A stretch of 63,625 bases of DNA, filler included, from Nemertoderma westbladi (GCA_032718475.1; 3 parts of 3 records of this genome joined end to end with filler, not necessarily neighbours in it), one strand, 5' to 3'; counted from the whole stretch's first letter, positions 1 to 12,427 are shown. The notes: generated from the sequence alone by a model not told the origin. Numbers and translations: made by a program.

Positions 1-990
1 CTCTAGCTGGGCATGCAAATCACCCTGCACGCGCTTACTCTCTATCTCTCGTGTACTCTGTCTGGCCAACTCTGACCATCTCGCAGTCATCTCCAACCGC
101 CTCGCCGACTCGCTCTCTACTCCTATCTCCCGCTCTCTATACCCCTCGGCTTCCTCTCTACATTCCCTCGCCCACTCTTATTCTCCCTCCAACCATGCGG
201 TTTTCTCTCTCAATTGCCACTCTAACTCATTCTGCTCATTCGCCACCGTTTCTAATTCACACGTCGGACCTATCTCCCGCACCCTTCTTTCTTTTGCGGA
301 GGATGTAGCAGACTTATCGGTTGCGACGGACTCCCGTCGCCCCTCCGTCCCACCAACTTTCCCCCGCCTCCCGGAACTTCATCCAACCGACGAGACCGAA
401 TCCTCGGGTTTAACCTCGGATTCGCCCTCCTCAGGTCTCTTCCAACCCACTAATTTTACTCCCAGGGCATCGACTAAGTATGGCCCTACGTACACTACGC
501 TAGGTTCCATACCCCTACACTCCCATAGTTCAATCAGTTCGTTGGCAACTCCCCTCGCCCTCTCCTCGGCTAGTTCTCTCTGCCCAAAACGCATTAGGTA
601 ATCAAAGTATCTGTTCGACTCACCTAGTCCTCTTGTCAATCTCACCTTGTCTATCTTCGCCCTTCCTCTGGCCTCTCTCAGTTGCTTCCGGGTCGCGAGG
701 TAGGCCCGTCGAAGTCGATCAGAAACCCCGACGTCCTCGTCGCCGACCTCTCCTCCGTCTCTCCGGGCCCGACGTCGTACCGGCGGCCCCACCGTCGCCG
801 TTCCGGTGGGTCGTCCGTCGCCCTCGGCCTGTGGCTGGCCGGCGACATCGGTACGTCGACCCTCGCTCCGCGTCGACTCGTCTTTCTCCCTTCCCGTCTC
901 GTCCTCTCGCTGTAGACGGCCCCCCTCGTCTCGGATCGTTAGATCGCCGTCCGGGGTCCGCGGCGGTGTCGTCTTTCCTGACTGACTCAT
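1..990 (-). mobile_element. Degenerate gag-like ORF of a BEL/Pao-type LTR retrotransposon (runs off the window start)
   Basis: ORF 990..379 ends VKPEDSVSSVG*. The same frame continues past the stop as SSGRRGK...SATSSAKERRVRE...EQNELEWQLREK, a Ser-rich then coiled-coil-like tract with a second stop. The P-x-DS-V-S motif followed by a Ser-rich/coiled-coil tract resembles BEL/Pao gag N-termini. The block is GC-rich against AT-rich flanks. Confidence 0.5.
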
Positions 991-1310
991 CTCGCTGGGA
1001 TGTGGTGGCTAGTCTCCAACCACTGAGTTTAACTAGGGCGGTAGCTCTGATTCAATTACTGTCAGGGTAGCTGCTAGGTTTCAATTACTGTGACGGGATC
1101 CAAGAAGGATTCCGGTTTATCCGGTTTGTCAATTCACGCGTCCCCGCCGTGTGTGAAAGGTGAAAGAGTTTGCGTTATTCGTCGCGTATAATATTCGGGT
1201 ATATAGATATAGATAACTGGTAATGAGATAACTGATAATACGTTGTTGTACACGGAAGGCGGGAAACGGTAATTGAAATCCCGGTACTTCCCTAGCTAAA
1301 CTATTGCTAC

Positions 1311-1750
1311 TGTAACACCAATAACACTGAGATAACTGAATGAGATGATTACTGCCAACTGGTTATATTGCACGGGTTGGCCTTGTTACTGTACCTAACC
1401 GATGCCTTTCCCCCTGATTGGCTAATATCCCTGTTGGCACCCTTTGCCCCCCTCTGAAGTGCTTCCCTTCGCCCTTGCTATTCGCTCTCTTTCAGGGGTG
1501 TAACCCCTGACCCCTATTGTGCGTTTCTCCTTCCCACTTTATTGGGGTGACACGAGGTTGATATTGGTAATCAACCTCGTGCTCCCAATATTGCTTAACG
1601 GCTTACTTTGTGGGGTGTTAGCGGAATTGGATAAGCTAACATTCTCTGTTTTCGTTAATTGACCAGACCGGATCCATTCATATATTCTTTGCTCCCAGAC
1701 TGATTATTTATTTTATTCAGGGACGATTAGGCGGCCCGGCCACCCTAACA
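1311..1750 (-). mobile_element. Putative 5' LTR of the BEL/Pao-like element
   Basis: The minus strand starts TGTTAGGG at 1750, right at the switch to AT-rich host DNA. A candidate end ...GTGTTACA lies at 1311 (TG...CA termini), with internal AATAAA on the minus strand. The inner boundary is uncertain. Confidence 0.4.
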
Positions 1751-1932
1751 TATATATAATTATCAGTTATTTTTATATAATAGGTTGAATATTATTATTA
1801 TTATTATTATTATTATACTATAGCTATGTAAAAAAATTGAGACAGACACGATATCCATATTCCCAATATCAGAAATGGATTCGATGAATATCAGTATGCA
1901 ATAAACTGTCTTTACTCATAAAAACTCTTCGA

Positions 1933-4900
1933 ATAATATTCCTTCTGTATTCCGTAGGACCCTATGTTCGGGACACCTTGTCGTTCTAATAATATTCCTT
2001 CTGTTTTCCATAGGACCCTGCGTTCGGGACACCTTGTCGTTCTAATAATATTCCTTCTGTTTTCCGTAGGACCCTGCGTTCGGGACACCTTGTCGTTCTA
2101 ATAATATTCCTTCTGTTTTCCGTAGGACCCTACGTTCGGGACACCTTGTCGTTCTAATAATATTCCTTCTGTTTTCCATAGGACCCTGCGTTCGGGACAC
2201 CTTGTCGTTCTAATAATATTCCTTCTGTTTTCCGTAGGACCCTACGTTCGGGACACCTTGTCGTTCTAATAATATTCCTTCTGTTTTCCGTAGGACCCTG
2301 CGTTCGGGACACCTTGTCGTTCTAATAATATTCCTTCTGTTTTCCGTAGGACCCTGCGTTCGGGACACCTTGTCGTTCTAATAATATTCCTTCTGTTTTC
2401 CGTAGGACCCTACGTTCGGGACACCTTGTCGTTCTAATAATATTCCTTCTGTTTTCCGTAGGACCCTGCGTTCGGGACACCTTGTCGTTCTAATAATATT
2501 CCTTCTGTTTTCCGTAGGACCCTACGTTCGGGACACCTTGTCGTTCTAATAATATTCCTTCTGTTTTCCGTAGGACCCTGCGTTCGGGACACCTTGTCGT
2601 TCTAATAATATTCCTTCTGTTTTCCGTAGGACCCTACGTTCGGGACACCTTGTCGTTCTAATAATATTCCTTCTGTTTTCCGTAGGACCCTGCGTTCGGG
2701 ACACCTTGTCGTTCTAATAATATTCCTTCTGTTTTCCGTAGGACCCTCACGTTCGGGACACCTTGTCGTTCTAATAATATTCCTTCTGTTTTCCGTAGGA
2801 CCCTGCGTTCGGGACACCTTGTCGTTCTAATAATATTCCTTCTGTTTTCCGTAGGACCCTACGTTCGGGACACCTTGTCGTTCTAATAATATTCCTTCTG
2901 TTTTCCGTAGGACCCTACGTTCGGGACACCTTGTCGTTCTAATAATATTCCTTCTGTTTTCCGTAGGACCCTACGTTCGGGACACCTTGTCGTTCTAATA
3001 ATATTCCTTCTGTTTTCCGTAGGACCCTACGTTCGGGACACCTTGTCGTTCTAATAATATTCCTTCTGTTTTCCGTAGGACCCTGCGTTCGGGACACCTT
3101 GTCGTTCTAATAATATTCCTTCTGTTTTCCGTAGGACCCTGCGTTCGGGACACCTTGTCGTTCTAATAATATTCCTTCTGTTTTCCGTAGGACCCTACGT
3201 TCGGGACACCTTGTCGTTCTAATAATATTCCTTCTGTTTTCCGTAGGACCCTGCGTTCGGGACACCTTGTCGTTCTAATAATATTCCTTCTGTTTTCCGT
3301 AGGACCCTACGTTCGGGACACCTTGTCGTTCTAATAATATTCCTTCTGTTTTCCGTAGGACCCTACGTTCGGGACACCTTGTCGTTCTAATAATATTCCT
3401 TCTGTTTTCCGTAGGACCCTGCGTTCGGGACACCTTGTCGTTCTAATAATATTCCTTCTGTTTTCCGTAGGACCCTACGTTCGGGACACCTTGTCGTTCT
3501 AATAATATTCCTTCTGTTTTCCGTAGGACCCTGCGTTCGGGACACCTTGTCGTTCTAATAATATTCCTTCTGTTTTCCGTAGGACCCTACGTTCGGGACA
3601 CCTTGTCGTTCTAATAATATTCCTTCTGTTTTCCGTAGGACCCTGCGTTCGGGACACCTTGTCGTTCTAATAATATTCCTTCTGTTTTCCGTAGGACCCT
3701 ACGTTCGGGACACCTTGTCGTTCTAATAATATTCCTTCTGTTTTCCGTAGGACCCTGCGTTCGGGACACCTTGTCGTTCTAATAATATTCCTTCTGTTTT
3801 CCGTAGGACCCTGCGTTCGGGACACCTTGTCGTTCTAATAATATTCCTTCTGTTTTCCGTAGGACCCTACGTTCGGGACACCTTGTCGTTCTAATAATAT
3901 TCCTTCTGTTTTCCGTAGGACCCTACGTTCGGGACACCTTGTCGTTCTAATAATATTCCTTCTGTTTTCCGTAGGACCCTGCGTTCGGGACACCTTGTCG
4001 TTCTAATAATATTCCTTCTGTTTTCCGTAGGACCCTGCGTTCGGGACACCTTGTCGTTCTAATAATATTCCTTCTGTTTTCCGTAGGACCCTACGTTCGG
4101 GACACCTTGTCGTTCTAATAATATTCCTTCTGTTTTCCGTAGGACCCTACGTTCGGGACACCTTGTCGTTCTAATAATATTCCTTCTGTTTTCCGTAGGA
4201 CCCTACGTTCGGGACACCTTGTCGTTCTAATAATATTCCTTCTGTTTTCCGTAGGACCCTGCGTTCGGGACACCTTGTCGTTCTAATAATATTCCTTCTG
4301 TTTTCCGTAGGACCCTGCGTTCGGGACACCTTGTCGTTCTAATAATATTCCTTCTGTTTTCCGTAGGACCCTACGTTCGGGACACCTTGTCGTTCTAATA
4401 ATATTCCTTCTGTTTTCCGTAGGACCCTACGTTCGGGACACCTTGTCGTTCTAATAATATTCCTTCTGTTTTCCGTAGGACCCTGCGTTCGGGACACCTT
4501 GTCGTTCTAATAATATTCCTTCTGTTTTCCGTAGGACCCTACGTTCGGGACACCTTGTCGTTCTAATAATATTCCTTCTGTTTTCCGTAGGACCCTACGT
4601 TCGGGACACCTTGTCGTTCTAATAATATTCCTTCTGTTTTCCGTAGGACCCTGCGTTCGGGACACCTTGTCGTTCTAATAATATTCCTTCTGTTTTCCGT
4701 AGGACCCTCCTACGTTCGGGACACCTTGTCGTTCTAATAATATTCCTTCTGTTTTCCGTAGGACCCTACGTTCGGGACACCTTGTCGTTCTAATAATATT
4801 CCTTCTGTTTTCCGTAGGACCCTGCGTTCGGGACACCTTGTCGTTCTAATAATATTCCTTCTGTTTTCCGTAGGACCCTACGTTCGGGACACCTTGTCGT

Positions 4901-6021
4901 TCTAATAATATTCCTTCTGTTTTCCGTAGGACCCTACGTTCGGGACACCTTGTCGTTCTAATAATATTCCTTCTGTTTTCCGTAGGACCCTGCGTTCGGG
5001 ACACCTTGTCGTTCTAATAATATTCCTTCTGTTTTCCGTAGGACCCTGCGTTCGGGACACCTTGTCGTTCTAATAATATTCCTTCTGTTTTCCGTAGGAC
5101 CCTGCGTTCGGGACACCTTGTCGTTCTAATAATATTCCTTCTGTTTTCCGTAGGACCCTGCGTTCGGGACACCTTGTCGTTCTAATAATATTCCTTCTGT
5201 TTTCCGTAGGACCCTACGTTCGGGACACCTTGTCGTTCTAATAATATTCCTTCTGTTTTCCGTAGGACCCTACGTTCGGGACACCTTGTCGTTCTAATAA
5301 TATTCCTTTTTTCCGTAGGACCCTGCGTTCGGGACACCTTGTCGTTCTAATAATATTCCTTCTGTTTTCCGTAGGACCCTCCTACGTTCGGGACACCTTG
5401 TCGTTCTAATAATATTCCTTCTGTTTTCCGTAGGACCCTACGTTCGGGACACCTTGTCGTTCTAATAATATTCCTTCTGTTTTCCGTAGGACCCTCCTAC
5501 GTTCGGGACACCTTGTCGTTCTAATAATATTCCTTCTGTTTTCCGTAGGACCCTGCGTTCGGGACACCTTGTCGTTCTAATAATATTCCTTCTGTTTTCC
5601 GTAGGACCCTGCGTTCGGGACACCTTGTCGTTCTAATAATATTCCTTCTGTTTTCCGTAGGACCCTGCGTTCGGGACACCTTGTCGTTCTAATAATATTC
5701 CTTCTGTTTTCCGTAGGACCCTACGTTCGGGACACCTTGTCGTTCTAATAATATTCCTTCTGTTTTCCGTAGGACCCTGCGTTCGGGACACCTTGTCGTT
5801 CTAATAATATTCCGTCTGTTTTCCGTAGGACCCTGCGTTCGGGACACCTTGTCGTTCTAATAATATTCCTTTTTTCCATAGGACCCTGCGTTCGGGACAC
5901 CTTGTCGTTCTAATAATATTCCTTCTGTTTTCCGTAGGACCCGTTCGGGACACCTTGTCGTTCTAATAATATTCCTTCTGTTTTCCGTAGGACCCTGCGT
6001 TCGGGACACCTTGTCGTTCTA
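1933..6021 (+). repeat. 56-bp minisatellite, about 73 copies; unit = 25 nt intron end + 31 nt exon start of the adhesion GPCR
   Basis: Unit ataatattccttctgttttccgtag-gaccct(g/a)cgttcgggacaccttgtcgttcta, period 56. The last copy continues directly into the TM1 exon. Confidence 0.97.
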
Positions 6022-6098
6022 ACAGCCATCACCTACGCCGGCTGTATTATATCAATAGTTTGTCTGATTATCGCTGCCTTCACTCTCTTTTACTTTCG
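5991..6098 (+). CDS. ADGRL: Latrophilin-like adhesion GPCR, TM1 exon
   Basis: ttttccgtag acceptor and gtaagt donor. Encodes TLRSGHLVVLTAITYAGCIISIVCLIIAAFTLFYFR, resembling latrophilin TM1. Phase joins the next exon. Confidence 0.85.
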
Positions 6099-6354
6099 GT
6101 AAGTCCCATCCGGTACACTTGGAACTGCCTCTACAACATTGCAGACATAGTCTGTTTATTTGTTGTATTCGCGCTCAATGACACTAAACCGCTTATTTAT
6201 AATTCCAATAACTTTTAACCAACTTGCTGATATAATTTAATGAAACTTTCACTTAACAGTAAATACTATATATCTACTAACTTATATTTTAAATGAACTT
6301 ATTCTACTTTATCTGAACCGATTTTATAGAAACTATATATTTTTTATCCCTCAG

Positions 6355-6460
6355 TAATCTTCGCGAATTCGACAGAAACATTATCCACGGCAATCTTTGT
6401 ATATCTTTATTGTTCGCGGAATTTATATTCCTGGTCGGTATTGGAAGAACAGATGATGCG
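6355..6460 (+). CDS. ADGRL: Latrophilin-like adhesion GPCR, ICL1-TM2 exon
   Basis: ccctcag acceptor and gtaagt donor. Encodes [35 protein letters not shown] (DRNxIHxNLCISL motif). Confidence 0.92.
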
Positions 6461-6730
6461 GTAAGTCGCATTCTATTAACTAATATCAATTAGTTACTAA
6501 TGTTTTAATTGTTAATATTATCAGTATTAATTGTAGACAAATAATGCCCATATCTCATACATTATTGTATATTGTACAATAATTTTATTAAATATTATAT
6601 TTAATAATAAATATTTTCCTCAATTTGGGTAGAAATACAGCAATCTTAGAGAGTAATGTATAACTTTATGAGAATATAGTGTGAATTGAACTTTATTTAA
6701 CTACTATATTTACTTATTTACCCTTTGTAG

Positions 6731-6951
6731 GCGGGATGTAAGGCAGTGGCTATGTTCCTTCATTTCTTCTTCCTTGCCGCTTTCGCGTGGATGTGTCTGG
6801 AAGGAGTCCAGCTGTATACTATGTGTATTCTAGTATTCGAACCCAAGAGCGATCGAGTCCGATATTTCTACGGATTCGGTTACGGGTTTCCCTTAATTAT
6901 CGTTATTTTCTGTATTATCGTCGATATAGATGGTTATGGAGATGTGAATTT
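6731..6951 (+). CDS. ADGRL: Latrophilin-like adhesion GPCR, TM3-TM4 exon
   Basis: tttgtag acceptor and gtaagt donor. Encodes AGCKAVAMFLHFFFLAAFAWMCLEGVQLY...GYGFP...GYG, the hallmark adhesion-GPCR TM3 motif. Confidence 0.95.
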
Positions 6952-7074
6952 GTAAGTTTTAAACAACTCAGCTGCTCCCAAATAGAGATTATTTATTAGT
7001 ATAATTAATATTTTATAAGTAGATTCTAGATATTTAATTCATGTTGACCGACTCTTTCCATATATTGATGCTCC

Positions 7075-7945
7075 GGACATCAATAAAGCATTTGACTCAA
7101 TCCATAGAGGTAAAATGCTTGAAATCCTAAGAGCTTATGGAATACCAGATGTAATTGTTGCTGGAATTGGATTGTTATATTGTGACACAGAAGCGCAGGT
7201 ACTCTCACCAGATGGTGAAACTGAGTTTTTCTCAATCCTGGCTGGCGTACTGCAAGGTGACACATTAGCACCATTACTATTTGTAATTGTGCTGGATTAC
7301 GCAATGAGGACGGCCACAAAGGGTGAAGATCTGGAATTCACACTTCAAGAACCCAGAAGTAGTATATATCCGGCAACTACAGTCACAGACACCGACTTTG
7401 CGGATGACATCGCCCAGCTCTCTAATATGCTAGCAGATGCACAGCTTCTTCTAAATAAAGTGGAGATGGCTGCTAAGGAGGTTGGATTGCATATAAATGC
7501 TACAAAGACCGAATTCATGACCTTTAATGTTGATGGAAACTTGACAACCATTGACAATAATCAACTAAGGAAGGTCGATGACTTCCAGTACCTTGGATCG
7601 TGGATAGAGAGTAGCAAAAAGGACATAGAAGTTAGGAAAGCAAAGGCTTGGGTAGCTCTATCAAAAATGGATACCATCTGGAAATCAGATCTCTCCAGGC
7701 ACCTGAAGACTAAGTTCTTTCGAGCCACAGTGGAAAGTGTATTTTTATACGGGGGTGAGACCTGGACACTGACTAAATCACTTGAACAACGAATTGATGG
7801 TTGCTACACAAGACTATTAAGGGCAGCCCTAAACATCAGCTGGAGACAACACATGACAAACTCCGAGCTCTATGGTGCTGTATCAACCACCCTCCCTCCG
7901 TGAAGTGAGGGTGGATTAAGATTCAGTGAGCAGTGCTGGAGAAGA
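7075..7945 (+). mobile_element. RTE-clade-like LINE reverse transcriptase fragment (family A), intronic
   Basis: KAFDSIHR, GVLQGDTLAP, DFADDI, FQYLGS and LYGGETW motifs. 5'-truncated. Confidence 0.9.
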
Positions 7946-8074
7946 TACATGTAGATTTAACAAACAGTTCAGGTATATAAAGTAATAATAATTCAATAAA
8001 TAATTCCATAGAAGCACCGAAATCTACAACAGTAGAAACTCAGTCCTAATGCAAGACCCTCCGTCTTGCTAAAA

Positions 8075-8218
8075 CAATCGGGAAGCCTGGAAGGATCTCA
8101 TTTCTACTGTCCGAGCTCGCATTTCTACTGTCCGAGCTCGCATTTCTACTGTCCGAGCTCGCATTTCTACTGTCCGAGCTCGCATTTCTACTTTCCGAGC
8201 TCGTTCGACCTAGTAGTT
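8075..8218 (-). repeat. Dispersed repeat family X copy containing five tandem 21-bp units
   Basis: (gcatttctactgtccgagctc)x5 lies inside sequence that is the reverse complement of the copies at about 19410 and 24925. Confidence 0.85.
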
Positions 8219-8305
8219 ACGTTGGTATAATAATAGGCTAGTGTCAGAAACTGAAAGTAATTATACATTTCCATTGATGATAATCTTGCTTACGTGTTTA
8301 TTCAG

Positions 8306-8464
8306 CTGTTGGCTCAGTCGCGAATCCTACCTGATATGGGCGTTTGTTGGCCCGGTTGGCATGGTGATTATTGCAAACGTTATATTTCTCAGCATCACTA
8401 TCTTCAAGTTTCATCGCTTTTTCCGCAAAAAGAAGCAACAAAATAAAAAGTTGGACAGTGTCAG
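8306..8464 (+). CDS. ADGRL: Latrophilin-like adhesion GPCR, ECL2-TM5-ICL3 exon
   Basis: ttattcag acceptor and gttagt donor. Encodes CWLSRESYLIWAFVGPVGMVIIANVIFLSITIFKFHRFFRKKKQQNKKLDSVR. Confidence 0.93.
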
Positions 8465-8608
8465 GTTAGTTTCAGTTTCAATCCGCTAAGAGTTATTCTT
8501 ATGAGTTTATTATTATAGATTTGTGTTAATTAATTAATTATTAGACCGTCTTACATGATCGATTCCCCAATAAAGTAATTAACTGTAAAGTTTAATAAAC
8601 AATAATAA

Positions 8609-11600
8609 TAATAAACTTTGTGTTTATTATTTGTTTTATAAACAGTAGAATAAACTTTGTGTTTATTCTTTGTTTACAAACAGTAGAATAAACTTTGTGT
8701 TTATTATTTGTTTTATAAACAGTAGAATAAACTTTGTGTTTATTATTTGTTTTATAAACAGTAAAGTAGAATAAACTTTGTGTTTATTATTTGTTTTATA
8801 AACAGTAGAATAAACTTTGTGTTTATTCTTTGTTTTATAAACAGTAGAATAAACTTTGTGTTTATTATTTGTTTTATAAACAGTAGAATAAACTTTGTGT
8901 TTATTATTTGTTTTATAAACAGTAGAATAAACTTTGTGTTTATTATTTGTTTTATAAACAGTAGAATAAACTTTGTGTTTATTCTTTGTTTTATAAACAG
9001 TAGAATAAACTTTGTGTTTATTCTTTGTTTTATAACCAGTAGAATAAACTTTGTGTTTATTATTTGTTTTATAACCAGTAGAATAAACTTTGTGTTTATT
9101 ATTTGTTTTATAAACAGTAGAATAAACTTTGTGTTTATTATTTGTTTTATAACCAGTAGAATAAACTTTGTGTTTATTATTTGTTTTATAAACAGTAGAA
9201 TAAACTTTGTGTTTATTATTTGTTTTATAAACAGTAGAATAAACTTTGTGTTTATTATTTGTTTTATAACCAGTAGAATAAACTTTGTGTTTATTATTTG
9301 TTTTATAAACAGTAGAATAAGCTTTGTGTTTATTATTTGTTTTATAACCAGTAGAATAAGCTTTGTGTTTATTATTTGTTTTATAAACATTAGAATAAAC
9401 TTTGTGTTTATTATTTGTTTTATAAACAGTAGAATAAACTTTGTGTTTATTATTTGTTTTATAAACAGTAGAATAAACTTTGTGTTTATTATTTGTTTTA
9501 TAAACAGTAGAATAAACTTTGTGTTTATTATTTGTTTTATAAACAGTAGAATAAACTTTGTGTTTATTATTTGTTTTATAAACAGTAGAATAAACTTTGT
9601 GTTTATTCTTTGTTTTATAAACAGTAGATAAACTTAGTGTTTATTATTTGTTTTATAAACAGTAGATAAACTTTGTGTTTATTATTTGTTTTATAAACAG
9701 TAGAATAAGCTTTGTGTTTATTATTTGTTTTATAACCAGTAGAATAAACTTTGTGTTTATTATTTGTTTTATAAACAGTAGATAAACTTTGTGTTTATTA
9801 TTTGTTTTATAAACAGTAGAATAAACTTTGTGTTTATTATTTGTTTTATAAACAGTAGAATAAACTTTGTGTTTATTATTTGTTTTATAACCAGTAGAAT
9901 AAACTTTGTGTTTATTATTTGTTTTATAAACAGTAGAATAAACTTTGTGTTTATTATTTGTTTTATAAACATTAGAATAAACTTTGTGTTTATTATTTGT
10001 TTTATAAACATTAGAATAAGCTTTGTGTTTATTATTTGTTTTATAAACAGTAGAATAAGCTTTGTGTTTATTATTTGTTTTATAAACAGTAGAATAAACT
10101 TTGTGTTTATTCTTTGTTTTATAAACAGTAGAATAAACTTTGTGTTTATTATTTGTTTTATAAACAGTAGAATAAACTTTGTGTTTATTATTTGTTTTAT
10201 AAACAGTAGAATAAGCTTTGTGTTTATTATTTGTTTTATAAACAGTAGAATAAACTTTGTGTTTATTATTTGTTTTATAAACAGTAGAATAAACTTTGTG
10301 TTTATTATTTGTTTTATAAACAGTAGAATAAACTTTGTGTTTATTATTTGTTTTATAAACAGTAGAATAAACTTTGTGTTTATTATTTGTTTTATAAACA
10401 GTAGAATAAACTTTGTGTTTATTATTTGTTTTATAAACATTAGAATAAACTTTGTGTTTATTATTTGTTTTATAAACATTAGAATAAGCTTTGTGTTTAT
10501 TATTTGTTTTATAAACAGTAGAATAAACTTTGTGTTTATTCTTTGTTTTATAAACAGTAGAATAAACTTTGTGTTTATTATTTGTTTTATAAACAGTAGA
10601 ATAAACTTTGTGTTTATTCTTTGTTTTATAAACAGTAGAATAAACTTTGTGTTTATTATTTGTTTTATAAACAGTAGAATAAGCTTTGTGTTTATTATTT
10701 GTTTTATAAACAGTAGAATAAACTTTGTGTTTATTATTTGTTTTATAAACAGTAGAATAAACTTTGTGTTTATTATTTGTTTTATAAACAGTAGAATAAA
10801 CTTTGTGTTTATTCTTTGTTTTATAAACAGTAGAATAAACTTTGTGTTTATTATTTGTTTTATAAACAGTAGAATAAACTTTGTGTTTATTATTTGTTTT
10901 ATAAACAGTAGAATAAGCTTTGTGTTTATTATTTGTTTTATAAACAGTAGAATAAACTTTGTGTTTATTATTTGTTTTATAAACAGTAGAATAAACTTTG
11001 TGTTTATTATTTGTTTTATAAACAGTAGAATAAACTTTGTGTTTATTATTTGTTTTATAAACAGTAGAATAAACTTTGTGTTTATTATTTGTTTTATAAA
11101 CAGTAGAATAAACTTTGTGTTTATTATTTGTTTTATAAACATTAGAATAAACTTTGTGTTTATTATTTGTTTTATAAACATTAGAATAAGCTTTGTGTTT
11201 ATTATTTGTTTTATAAACAGTAGAATAAACTTTGTGTTTATTATTTGTTTTATAAACAGTAGAATAAGCTTTGTGTTTATTATTTGTTTTATAAACAGTA
11301 GAATAAACTTTGTGTTTATTATTTGTTTTATAAACAGTAGAATAAACTTTGTGTTTATTATTTGTTTTATAAACATTAGAATAAACTTTGTGTTTATTAT
11401 TTGTTTTATAAACAGTAGAATAAGCTTTGTGTTTATTATTTGTTTTATAAACAGTAGAATAAACTTTGTGTTTATTATTTGTTTTATAAACAGTAGAATA
11501 AGCTTTGTGTTTATTATTTGTTTTATAAACAGTAGAATAAACTTTGTGTTTATTCTTTGTTTTATAAACAGTAGAATAAACTTTGTGTTTATTATTTGTT

Positions 11601-12348
11601 TTATAAACAGTAGAATAAACTTTGTGTTTATTATTTGTTTTATAAACAGTAGAATAAGCTTTGTGTTTATTATTTGTTTTATAAACAGTAGAATAAACTT
11701 TGTGTTTATTATTTGTTTTATAAACAGTAGAATAAACTTTGTGTTTATTATTTGTTTTATAAACAGTAGAATAAACTTTGTGTTTATTATTTGTTTTATA
11801 AACAGTAGAATAAACTTTGTGTTTATTATTTGTTTTATAAACAGTAGAATAAACTTTGTGTTTATTATTTGTTTTATAAACATTAGAATAAACTTTGTGT
11901 TTATTATTTGTTTTATAAACATTAGAATAAGCTTTGTGTTTATTATTTGTTTTATAAACAGTAGAATAAACTTTGTGTTTATTCTTTGTTTTATAAACAG
12001 TAGAATAAACTTTGTGTTTATTATTTGTTTTATAAACAGTAGAATAAACTTTGTGTTTATTCTTTGTTTTATAAACAGTAGAATAAACTTTGTGTTTATT
12101 ATTTGTTTTATAAACAGTAGAATAAGCTTTGTGTTTATTATTTGTTTTATAAACAGTAGAATAAACTTTGTGTTTATTATTTGTTTTATAAACAGTAGAA
12201 TAAACTTTGTGTTTATTATTTGTTTTATAAACAGTAGAATAAACTTTGTGTTTATTATTTGTTTTATAAACAGTAGAATAAACTTTGTGTTTATTATTTG
12301 TTTTATAAACAGTAGAATAAACTTTGTGTTTATTATTTGTTTTATAAA
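8609..12348 (+). repeat. 39-bp AT-rich minisatellite, about 96 copies, intronic
   Basis: Unit aaacagtagaataaactttgtgtttattatttgttttat. It produces the 13-aa periodic ORFs in the track. Confidence 0.97.
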
Positions 12349-12375
12349 AACTTATTGATATTGTTGCCGCTTTAG

Positions 12376-12402
12376 GATTCCTGATCATGAATTACCAACT
12401 GA
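12376..12402 (+). CDS. Putative 27-nt ICL3 microexon of the adhesion GPCR
   Basis: gttgccgctttag|GATTCCTGATCATGAATTACCAACTGA|gtaagt. Phase 2-2, frame preserving, encodes (R)IPDHELPT(D/E) in frame with the preceding exon. Confidence 0.7.
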
Positions 12403-12427
12403 GTAAGTTACTTTATCCAACCCATCC

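Noticed and set aside
1933-6021. CRISPR-like appearance of the regular arrays (also 59108-59586)
   Set aside because: There are no unique spacers and no cas genes, and the context is eukaryotic.
8752-12388. Several 200-900 aa ORFs on both strands
   Set aside because: They are by-products of a 39-bp (multiple of 3) intronic repeat, open in several frames at once.
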